Positions 10,421-18,607 of a stretch of 64,000 nt of DNA are shown one piece after another. The notes beneath the pieces were generated by a model. It saw nothing but the letters and a program-made list of their open reading frames with translations. It was not told the origin of the DNA and did no database searches. Within the stretch, counting starts at the first letter, position 1. The number at the start of each line of letters is the position of its first letter. Both the position numbers and the translations under genes were made by a program. The stretch covers positions 1,344,001 through 1,408,000 of the forward strand of contig OY769902.1 in the NCBI GenBank assembly GCA_963669175.1. Reading direction: 5' to 3'. The DNA is from a bacterium. Its GTDB lineage: Bacteria > Electryoneota > Electryoneia > Electryoneales > Electryoneaceae.

Positions 10421-10611
10421 AGGGATTTTCGCTGCATGTACAGGATGCGAAGACGCATGGCCCGATGCACACGTGAGTCTTTTTCCTTAGAAGACGCAGC
10501 AGAAATACTCCCATGAATACTGGAACCGATGCTTCACTTCGAGTGCGTCGGGATTGTGCTGAGGGCGGAAATGACACTCGTATAGGGATTTTCGTTGCAT
10601 GTACAGGATGC
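10421..10611. repeat. 28-bp intergenic direct repeat, 2 copies
   Basis: AGGGATTTTCG(C/T)TGCATGTACAGGATGC at 10421-10448 and 10584-10611. Confidence 0.7.
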
Positions 10612-10669
10612 AAAGGAGGGTAAAGGTAATAAGGGTGTAAAAAACAACTTGTAAACTTTCAAACTCCAA

Positions 10670-11770
10670 TTAATACAGCTTCTTCCTGCGCTTGAACTTG
10701 AGCCAGGCATGGGCCAGTCGGTGTCCGAGGTTGGATTTGTCAAACAGGCGCAAGACCCAGCCGCGCGGGTTCCACCAGCGAATCCCGATGCGACGTTTGA
10801 TCTCGTCTTCGGTCCAGCGTTCGCCCTGGGGAATGGGAGTCTTCCCGGGTTTGTACATGCCCCAGACAGTATACGGCGCGAGTTCGGAACCCTCTTTCAG
10901 CGTATCTTCCCATTCGATCATTTCATTGAGGAATTTCACCAGTTCCGGGTTGTTCCAATCCGGCATCTGGATGCCATACTGCAGGATGATGAAGAGAAGG
11001 CGGTCGGTTACGATCTCCAGGTCCGGTTCGAACCCGGCATGGAGCAGTTCGAGAATCTCTTCGCTGCGTACGGACTCAAACGGGCTGAACTGGACAACAC
11101 GTTTGGGATCCGGACGTTTGATATCCTGAATTGGCAGGGAGGGGTGCCGTCCGCGCGACAACTCCAGCGCCTTGTTCACCTCTTCAACCGTATCCCACGA
11201 CCACTGCCAGACATTCGGGCCGATATAATCATGGACCAGGAAGAAACCGTTTTCCGTTTTCAGGGAACGTCGCACCTGTTCCAGCAGATGTTCCAGGTTG
11301 ATGACGTGGTGCAGCGACGTATGGGCAATGACCAGGTCATACGCTTTTTCCGGGAACTCGATGAAATTCAGGTCGCCGATGCGGGATGATATAAGGTGAC
11401 CGTAACCATCCTTGTTGGCACGTGTCTGAAAGCTTTCAACCGCATCACCACTGATGTCAATGACCTCAAGACGCTTGAGTGTGCCTGCCTTGAGCAGGGC
11501 GCCTTCAAGCTGGCCGCTTCCAGAACCGAGAGACAGGGCGGATTCGAAGGGGCCGGCGTTTTCCGCAAACCAGCGAATCCAATCGGTGGTAGTGTCGTCA
11601 TTGGCAATCAAACGGGCAAGATATTTCTTCGGGATGGGGTGATCACGGGGACGACGTTTGCGCAACCCTTCCACAATAGACAATCCCCATGATGAGGCTT
11701 CACGTTTCAAAGCCTTCACATAGCGAGGATGGTCCGGGTTGATACAAAACTTTGAATCCACGTATCCCAC
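10670..11770 (-). CDS. Class I SAM-dependent methyltransferase
   Basis: ALSLGSGSG, VIDIS, GDLN, YDLVIAHTSLHH. Confidence 0.85.
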   Translation of the reverse strand: MGYVDSKFCINPDHPRYVKALKREASSWGLSIVEGLRKRRPRDHPIPKKYLARLIANDDTTTDWIRWFAENAGPFESALSLGSGSGQLEGALLKAGTLKRLEVIDISGDAVESFQTRANKDGYGHLISSRIGDLNFIEFPEKAYDLVIAHTSLHHVINLEHLLEQVRRSLKTENGFFLVHDYIGPNVWQWSWDTVEEVNKALELSRGRHPSLPIQDIKRPDPKRVVQFSPFESVRSEEILELLHAGFEPDLEIVTDRLLFIILQYGIQMPDWNNPELVKFLNEMIEWEDTLKEGSELAPYTVWGMYKPGKTPIPQGERWTEDEIKRRIGIRWWNPRGWVLRLFDKSNLGHRLAHAWLKFKRRKKLY

Positions 11771-11869
11771 TCCTGTCTGTCAACGAGATCGCATTCATCA
11801 CCAATGCGCAGGGAAGATACAAACACGCAAGCCAAAAGATCAAAGGGAAACACGAAGTTCGGAATCTGT

Positions 11870-13324
11870 TTATCCCTTAATTACAGCCAGCGGTTTCAAC
11901 CTTACAACACGACGCGCAATAGTAGCTGCATCCGCAGCTTCCACAACGCTGTCTACATCTTTGTAAGCGTCGGAGGCTTCTTCTCCAAGAGTTCGTTTTC
12001 CCTGAGCACGTACCAGGATGCCTTGCTGTTCAAGTTCCTGCTGTATATCTCGTCCGCGTGTCTGTTTCAAGGCTGCTTTTCGTGAGAGCAGGCGTCCCGC
12101 GCCATGACAACTGGAACCGAAGGTTGCCTGCATGGCATGTTCAGTGCCGACAAGGACATAACTGGCGCGGCCCATATCACCCGGAATCAACACCGGTTGG
12201 CCGATAGTCTTATACGCGGACGGAATTCTCGCATCACCGGGACCGAAAGCGCGTGTCGCTCCTTTACGATGCACGCATAGTTTACGCTTCTTTCCGTTGA
12301 CCATGTGAGTTTCGAATTTGGCGATATTATGACTGACATCAAACACCAGCCCCATTCCCAGCGCGGAATAGCCCAGCCCGAAAACCTGCTCGAAAACTTC
12401 CCTGATCCGGCTGACCAGGACAATGCGGTTCGCCCAGGCGAAATTGGCCGCTCCCGCCATGGCAGAAGCGTAGGTCTGACCTTCAGGGGACGAAATGGGC
12501 GCACAGGCCAGTTGACGATCCACCAGCTTGATACCATAACGATTGGCAGCATCGCCCATGATACGGAGTTGTTCCTGGCACACCTGGTAACCGAAACCAC
12601 GGCTGCCGGAATGAACCATCACCGTAACCTGCCCCTTTTCCAATCCGAGCACTCGTGCAGCCTTGTCATCATACACCCTATCCACAACCTGTACTTCAAG
12701 AAAATGGTTGCCGCTGCCCAGGGTGCCGACCTGATCGTTGCCACGTTCGCAGGCGCGTTCGGAAAAGGAATCCGTATCAACTCCATCAAGGCAGCCCTTT
12801 TCCTCCATGTACTCCAGGTCGCTTGCGGATGCCAGCCCACGTTTGACAGCCCAGTTCGCACCCTGCTTTGCTACCTGCTTCACTTCTTTATTAGATAGAC
12901 GGATGTCGCCGCCTTTGCCTACACCGGAAGGAACTCGTGAAAAAAGCAGGTCGGCCAATGTGTCCAGTTTGCCGCGCACTTCTTCTTCGTGCAGCTTTGT
13001 CCGGGTCAGGTTCACCCCGCAGTTGATATCGTAGCCAACCCCACCGGGGCTGATGATGCCATCATCCATATCAAACGCCGCCACTCCGCCGATGGGGAAA
13101 CCGTAGCCCATGTGAATATCGGGCATGGCTAAGGATGCGTTTACTATTCCGGGAAGCGTGGCGACATTGGCGACCTGTTGCACGGAGATATCATTCCGGA
13201 CAGCATCGATCAGCTTGGACGAACTGTAAATGACGCCATCAACGCGCATGCCGGTTCCGGGATCGCGTGGAATACGCCAACGGTTGGAATCAATACGTTC
13301 GAGTTTGAAAGCTGAGTGGCTCAT
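11870..13324 (-). CDS. rtcB: RNA ligase RtcB
   Basis: MPDIHMGYGFPIGG, GYDINCG, GTLGSGNHFLE, HSGSRG, HRKGAT, SCHGAGR, EEASDAYKDV. Start set at MSHSAF (13324). Confidence 0.95.
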   Translation of the reverse strand: MSHSAFKLERIDSNRWRIPRDPGTGMRVDGVIYSSSKLIDAVRNDISVQQVANVATLPGIVNASLAMPDIHMGYGFPIGGVAAFDMDDGIISPGGVGYDINCGVNLTRTKLHEEEVRGKLDTLADLLFSRVPSGVGKGGDIRLSNKEVKQVAKQGANWAVKRGLASASDLEYMEEKGCLDGVDTDSFSERACERGNDQVGTLGSGNHFLEVQVVDRVYDDKAARVLGLEKGQVTVMVHSGSRGFGYQVCQEQLRIMGDAANRYGIKLVDRQLACAPISSPEGQTYASAMAGAANFAWANRIVLVSRIREVFEQVFGLGYSALGMGLVFDVSHNIAKFETHMVNGKKRKLCVHRKGATRAFGPGDARIPSAYKTIGQPVLIPGDMGRASYVLVGTEHAMQATFGSSCHGAGRLLSRKAALKQTRGRDIQQELEQQGILVRAQGKRTLGEEASDAYKDVDSVVEAADAATIARRVVRLKPLAVIKG

Positions 13325-13347
13325 GGCAGTCCTGAATCCAGGATGAT

Positions 13348-13779
13348 CTATAAATCCGCAATCCAACAGATACGCCGGTTGCCCGATGAATCGGCTGCTT
13401 TAATGACCAGGTTGTGATATGTAACTGCTTTAATTTCAGACGAGAGGTAAAGAACAGGGTTTATTGCGCCGAAACATTTTATCTCAAGATGGGTGTCCGT
13501 CCAGTGAATTTCATGACGCGAAGGGCGGAACCCACGTGTCTGAACAAGATAGAGCCATTCGTTTAACGATTCCACAAACAGGTTGTCTGGTGAATTCTCT
13601 GCGAAATGAATCGTATAGACAGTAGTTACTTGTGAGTCGGTTTCTGTAAAGGTCAAGTCTAAGGTTTCCATAAGCGCTGCAATACTGCCTTCTACCAATC
13701 CTGCGCGATATGCAGCGGAAACTTCCACAGCAAGATCGGCAACATGATCCAGAATTGTGTACTTGTAATCGATGTTCAC
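13348..13779 (-). CDS. Archease (RtcB cofactor)
   Basis: N-terminal LDHVADL, C-terminal EIKAVTYH...ADL, directly upstream of rtcB. Confidence 0.9.
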   Translation of the reverse strand: MNIDYKYTILDHVADLAVEVSAAYRAGLVEGSIAALMETLDLTFTETDSQVTTVYTIHFAENSPDNLFVESLNEWLYLVQTRGFRPSRHEIHWTDTHLEIKCFGAINPVLYLSSEIKAVTYHNLVIKAADSSGNRRICWIADL

Positions 13780-13783
13780 GGAC

Positions 13784-16315
13784 TCACCCGGTCCATTTTT
13801 CCACGGCGCTGTTTACCTGTTCCATCAGGTTGTCATACGCGGGAACCATCGCGATGAGCTTGTCCACCTGGAACGTGTCAATATATGACTTTACACTGCT
13901 GCCAAACTGCACCAGTGACTCCAGGTTGTATTTATCACCCAGATCGATCAACTCCTGCGCCACTCTTCTGGCTTCTTCAATGGAGAAAGCAAAGGCAAGC
14001 TTGTTCCATGTCTGGCGAATATCCGTCTCCAGGTAATGGATAATTTCCGGCAAAGTGGAAATGATATCAGGAGACAGATGTTCGAACGGATTAGTTTGGA
14101 CCAGCTTATCGTTATTCGGGGGTAATAATTCTGGTTCCGGTATAATTTTTTCTACCCGGTGCGGAAGGTGTCTTGCCAGCTCCTGCAACAACTGGTTTCT
14201 CTTGACAGGCTTGCTGATAAAGGAATTCGCGCCATGTGACAGGGCTTTTTCCATGTGTTGTCGCAGGGCACTGGCGCTTTGAACAATGATCGTTGTGTTA
14301 TCAAGCTTGTCATTGGTGCGAATCTGCTGGATCGCCTCGTATCCGCTGATGCCTGGCAGGTGAAGATCCATGATGATGATATCCGGTACCAAGTCGCTAG
14401 CTTTTTCTATTCCTTCTTCACCATCTTCTGCGACTTCAAGCTGTAGCCCGGTATCAAACAGGTATTCCTGTATCAATATCCTGTTGAGCGGTTCATCTTC
14501 AACCAGGAGGATAACGGCAGGATTGAACCCGGTAATCCGGCATTCCTGTGTCGTCGACGGTAAATCGTAGGCAGGCGCAACTGCTGCAACATCGGGTAGA
14601 GTCACGATAAATGCGGACCCCTGTCCCGGCTTGCTTTCCAGGTGCAGAGTTCCTCCCATCATTTCCACAAGTCGCTGAGTAATCGCCAGGCCAAGGCCGG
14701 TGCCGCCATAACGACGCTGGTCCTGTCCTTCTACCTGCACAAACCCCTGGAAGATGCGGTCGTGCTCTTTTTCCGGTATGCCAATGCCTGTGTCACGAAC
14801 TTCCAGCGTGAGCGAATGATGCCCATCGCTTTCCGGTATTGCCACGTGTGACAATGTGACTGAAACAGACCCCTCGTGCGTGAATTTCAGGGCATTGCCC
14901 ACCAGGTTCGTAATGATCTGGCGAAACCTGATTTCGTCCAGCATCAACCCTTCAGGAAGTGAGCTGTCCATGTTCAGGATAAAATCAAGGTTCTTGTCGT
15001 CCGCACGCTGTCTGAAGATGTTTGTCATATCATTCATGAAGGTGCGCACATCAACAGGTTGCAGACGGATTTCCATCTTTCCGGCTTCAATTTTTGACAA
15101 GTCCAGGATATCGTTGATCAGTTGGAGCAGCATTTTTCCGCTTGATGAAATCGCGCGTACGTATTCACGCTGCTTGTCATTGGAAAGCTTTTGTTCAAGA
15201 ATGTCTGCAAATCCTAGAATTGAGTTCATCGGGGTACGAATTTCATGAGACATGTTGGCAAGGAATTCGCTTTTAGCCATGTTCGCCAGCTCTGCTTCAA
15301 ATGCCCATCGCTTCGCTCTTTCATTTGCCAGTACGAGTTGCCTATTCGTGGCTTCTAATTGATCATTGGCGTAGCGCAGGGCCTCTTCGGTTTCCTTACG
15401 TTTGGTAATATCCACAATGACGCCCATGGCGCCGGTGATAGCCCCATCCCGACCTTTTACCGCATTGATGGCGATATTGGCATACCTGGTTTCACCGTCC
15501 TTACGAAAATACTTCATCTCTCGTCGATATTGATCCACCCCGCCGGTAAAAAGCTTTTTCAGACGGAATGACGCTTTGATCTCTTCTTCCGGCATAATAT
15601 CGAAAGGTGACATTTGCAGGAGTTCATCCGCAGAATACCCGGTCATCTCGCACCAGGCGTCGTTTACATGTGAAAATTTGCCGTTTTTGTCAACGATATT
15701 CAGGGCAACCGAATTGTTCTCAAAGATTGTCCGGTAAAGGTTTTCGCTGTCACGAAGCGCCTGCTCTCTTCTTTCCGGAGAGCGGACGATGAGAACCGTG
15801 GAATGACAATGCCAGTTGTCTGTTTCAGCGGGAATACGATGGGAAACCAGGACAAAATGCGAAGGTTCACCTGCTTCGATTGTCACATCAGGACGAAGAA
15901 CCAACAATGTGGGATTATCAGATGAAAGGGTTTCTTCAAGATGATTGGAAAACAGGACTGTCTCTTCCTCGTTCAAGGCCTGTTGTATGCGAGCGCCATT
16001 CTGCAACCGGGTAGTCCACCCTGGCAACCTGTCGATGATTTCATGCTGTTCGAGGATAATTCCATCGCGATCAGTAATAATAGTGCAAGCGGGTGCAAGT
16101 GCGCTGGTCATATTTGAATACGACCAGGGGTACAACTGTGAATCATGATCTGATAAAACCTGTTCTTTACGGGTAAGCTCTGCATTTCGCTGTTGTAATG
16201 TGTTGATCATGTTGATCAAGCCGTCTGCCTCCGTTGGAAGGCCATGATTCTTTAACACCGTTACCAGCTTTTCCGCTTGGGGGTTGTGTGCGTTGCCTGA
16301 GGCCGGGTTTTGCAT
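13784..16315 (-). CDS. PAS-containing hybrid histidine kinase/response regulator
   Basis: PAS/PAC, FLANMSHEIRTPMN, NLVGNALKF, GGTGLGL, REC (ILLVED...MDLHLP...KP). Confidence 0.92.
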   Translation of the reverse strand: MQNPASGNAHNPQAEKLVTVLKNHGLPTEADGLINMINTLQQRNAELTRKEQVLSDHDSQLYPWSYSNMTSALAPACTIITDRDGIILEQHEIIDRLPGWTTRLQNGARIQQALNEEETVLFSNHLEETLSSDNPTLLVLRPDVTIEAGEPSHFVLVSHRIPAETDNWHCHSTVLIVRSPERREQALRDSENLYRTIFENNSVALNIVDKNGKFSHVNDAWCEMTGYSADELLQMSPFDIMPEEEIKASFRLKKLFTGGVDQYRREMKYFRKDGETRYANIAINAVKGRDGAITGAMGVIVDITKRKETEEALRYANDQLEATNRQLVLANERAKRWAFEAELANMAKSEFLANMSHEIRTPMNSILGFADILEQKLSNDKQREYVRAISSSGKMLLQLINDILDLSKIEAGKMEIRLQPVDVRTFMNDMTNIFRQRADDKNLDFILNMDSSLPEGLMLDEIRFRQIITNLVGNALKFTHEGSVSVTLSHVAIPESDGHHSLTLEVRDTGIGIPEKEHDRIFQGFVQVEGQDQRRYGGTGLGLAITQRLVEMMGGTLHLESKPGQGSAFIVTLPDVAAVAPAYDLPSTTQECRITGFNPAVILLVEDEPLNRILIQEYLFDTGLQLEVAEDGEEGIEKASDLVPDIIIMDLHLPGISGYEAIQQIRTNDKLDNTTIIVQSASALRQHMEKALSHGANSFISKPVKRNQLLQELARHLPHRVEKIIPEPELLPPNNDKLVQTNPFEHLSPDIISTLPEIIHYLETDIRQTWNKLAFAFSIEEARRVAQELIDLGDKYNLESLVQFGSSVKSYIDTFQVDKLIAMVPAYDNLMEQVNSAVEKWTG

Positions 16316-16501
16316 AAAAATGATCCCAATGAATTCATGTATTTATTTGAAAATAGGGTATGTCTGTTTGCAGGTCTAGGAGGATAAAATGCCTTTTCGT
16401 TCTCTGTGGGCTTTCACTGAAAACCTTTGAATCGGAACTGTTCATGATTTTCCCGATTGAACCTTGCAAGGTTCCTTCCATACATTCAGACGGGCGGTTG
16501 T

Positions 16502-16821
16502 TCACAAGAATTTGTGCATATTATCGACGAGCACGTTTCGTCAGGTCTTGACGTGATGCCTTTTCTTGTTCTTCTCCGTAATTTCAGACATCTGTCCGAC
16601 TTCACACCTGCTATTTCACATGATAGATCATCATCAGGCATCATGTTGTGACCTGACGACAGTGAGAGTACCGATACCGGTGGCAGGTCACAACGCGACA
16701 ATAACAGGGCGAGAGGTGGTTTCAGAATCATCGTGCATTCAGGAAAACATAGCGAAAGCCGAAAACGGAAAGTCGCGTCAAGACCTGCCACAACATTGCC
16801 CTGATGCACAAATTCTTGTGA
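16502..16821. repeat. Nested inverted repeats in divergent intergenic region
   Basis: TCACAAGAATTTGTGCAT (16502-16519) inverted at 16804-16821; CAGGTCTTGACG (16542-16553) inverted at 16776-16787. Confidence 0.65.
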
Positions 16822-16851
16822 GGAACCAGACTGGTCAAGGGAGGGGAGATT

Positions 16852-18198
16852 TTGGTCCAGGTTACCGGTTTTATTCAAAATGCCAAGGCTAACTCTATAG
16901 CGCTTACATTCATTCTCTGTCTTTCTGCTTCTCTCTTGCTTACCTGCGAAGTTTCAGCTCAATCCCATGAAGCTCTGACTGATTCGACAGATACAGAAGA
17001 CGAGATGTGGTGGCCAGATCCTTACGCAAAAAAAATGGCACAATATCTGGCTGCTGCCACATCGCCTGTCGCCAACCCGGGAAATCTCCAGGTAAAAAAA
17101 CTCTATTCACACAAGCCGAAATGGGGCCCTTATCCACTGATGGATATTACCAGCGGCACACGAGTGCGATTGGGAGCGGGCCTGTTCTACCGGGAAGGCT
17201 ATTTCTATTCAGGAATTGAACACTTCAGGTACAGCAGGCGAAAACAGGTTTCCAACCTGCGCATTACCCTTGAAGGTGGTGTGGAGAAGCAATCCCGGGA
17301 ATGGCAGATCTTCTTGAACGTGACCGAGTTTCGTGATGACGACCTCTGGTTTTACGGAATCGGCCAGGAACCGGAAAAGGATGAGCGTAGTCGTTTTTCA
17401 CCGATTACCACCCAGAATCGCGCCAATTTCTATCAGCGTAAACGCCAGTTGACCTGCCTGAATGGTTTCGCGCTGAACGAGCATCTCGAGCTGTTTGTAA
17501 CCGGCATGCTTACGGAGCGACTTATTCGAGATGGCGATGATGTGCCTGCAGAAGAATGGATAAGCAATGTATTCGATACACGTTTTCTCAAAGGCTATAA
17601 CCAGGACTTGCAGCAATGGTATACGGAAATAGCGATTGGAATCAATTCCAAGAAATGTGGCAGCGAACATCTTTTCTCTTTCTGCAGCGAAATATATGTC
17701 GGCTACCAGCAGGGAATAGGATTGAACCATGAGAATCTTCTTCGAACGGGAATAAATGTTAATGGCCGACTTCAACTGGCTCAAAAAGGATTATATCTTG
17801 AACCGCGTTTGCTGGTAAACCAGGTCAGCAATCTTGATAATTCACAACCCATCGCATTTATAGATTATCCACGTCACCCCACTTTCAGGGGAATTGCCAG
17901 TCGCTACCTGCTGCGCAACGACGAGATCATTGCCATTCCCTCGCTTGATCTGCTACTGCCTGTCCATAACCGTGCCCATGCAGGCTTGTTTGCGGACTGG
18001 TTGCTGGCAACTGAAAATGATGCTGTCCGGCATATCAGCATCCGTCATGCGCCGTGGTGTGTCGGTATCAGCAGCATTACGCGGTATTCCGGGGCGGTAC
18101 TGGGAGGCGCACAGGGAGCCTACGGATCAGAAGGATGGCGGTTTGCGTTGTGGCTTGGATTACTCCAGGACTTGAACGACCGGTGGCGGTGGAAATAA
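16852..18198 (+). CDS. Putative outer-membrane beta-barrel (Omp85/BamA-TamA-like, no POTRA)
   Basis: Signal peptide, amphipathic beta-strand pattern, FYGIG motif, FRG-containing lid-like motif. Start uncertain. Confidence 0.55.
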   Translation: MVQVTGFIQNAKANSIALTFILCLSASLLLTCEVSAQSHEALTDSTDTEDEMWWPDPYAKKMAQYLAAATSPVANPGNLQVKKLYSHKPKWGPYPLMDITSGTRVRLGAGLFYREGYFYSGIEHFRYSRRKQVSNLRITLEGGVEKQSREWQIFLNVTEFRDDDLWFYGIGQEPEKDERSRFSPITTQNRANFYQRKRQLTCLNGFALNEHLELFVTGMLTERLIRDGDDVPAEEWISNVFDTRFLKGYNQDLQQWYTEIAIGINSKKCGSEHLFSFCSEIYVGYQQGIGLNHENLLRTGINVNGRLQLAQKGLYLEPRLLVNQVSNLDNSQPIAFIDYPRHPTFRGIASRYLLRNDEIIAIPSLDLLLPVHNRAHAGLFADWLLATENDAVRHISIRHAPWCVGISSITRYSGAVLGGAQGAYGSEGWRFALWLGLLQDLNDRWRWK

Positions 18199-18199
18199 C

Positions 18200-18607
18200 C
18201 TACCTGTGCAGGTAACTCGTTATCGGGCTTTTTCTTGAAAGGGAGTCGCCATCTTTTTTCATTGAACGATGGATATCAAGGATTCGATCTCCCATGGCAT
18301 AGTCTATTTCACGGATGTCCTTGATATTCAGCAGGCGATGAACCAACTCCTTCATGCGGTCGATTTGTTTATTGATCTTTTCAAGCGTTGAAACCAGCGC
18401 AGGATCAGATGATTCCCGCATGAGCAGAACATCTGTTGAATTACGAATCACCGCGAGTGGATTGTTGAACTCGTGGGCAATTGTACCAGCCATTGATGAT
18501 ACGGTGCGTAAACGCTCTGCTTCGGAACAGGGAGCAGATGAGATTTTGTCTATCTTGTTTTTGGTGTCGCTCGTCATCATCAACCTGTGTACTGTATGTA
18601 AACTCAA
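18200..18607 (-). CDS. Small stand-alone HisKA/DHp-domain protein lacking an ATPase domain
   Basis: MAGTIAHEFNNPLAVI H-box with no N/G boxes. True start may be ATG near 18577-18580. Confidence 0.75.
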   Translation of the reverse strand: MSLHTVHRLMMTSDTKNKIDKISSAPCSEAERLRTVSSMAGTIAHEFNNPLAVIRNSTDVLLMRESSDPALVSTLEKINKQIDRMKELVHRLLNIKDIREIDYAMGDRILDIHRSMKKDGDSLSRKSPITSYLHR

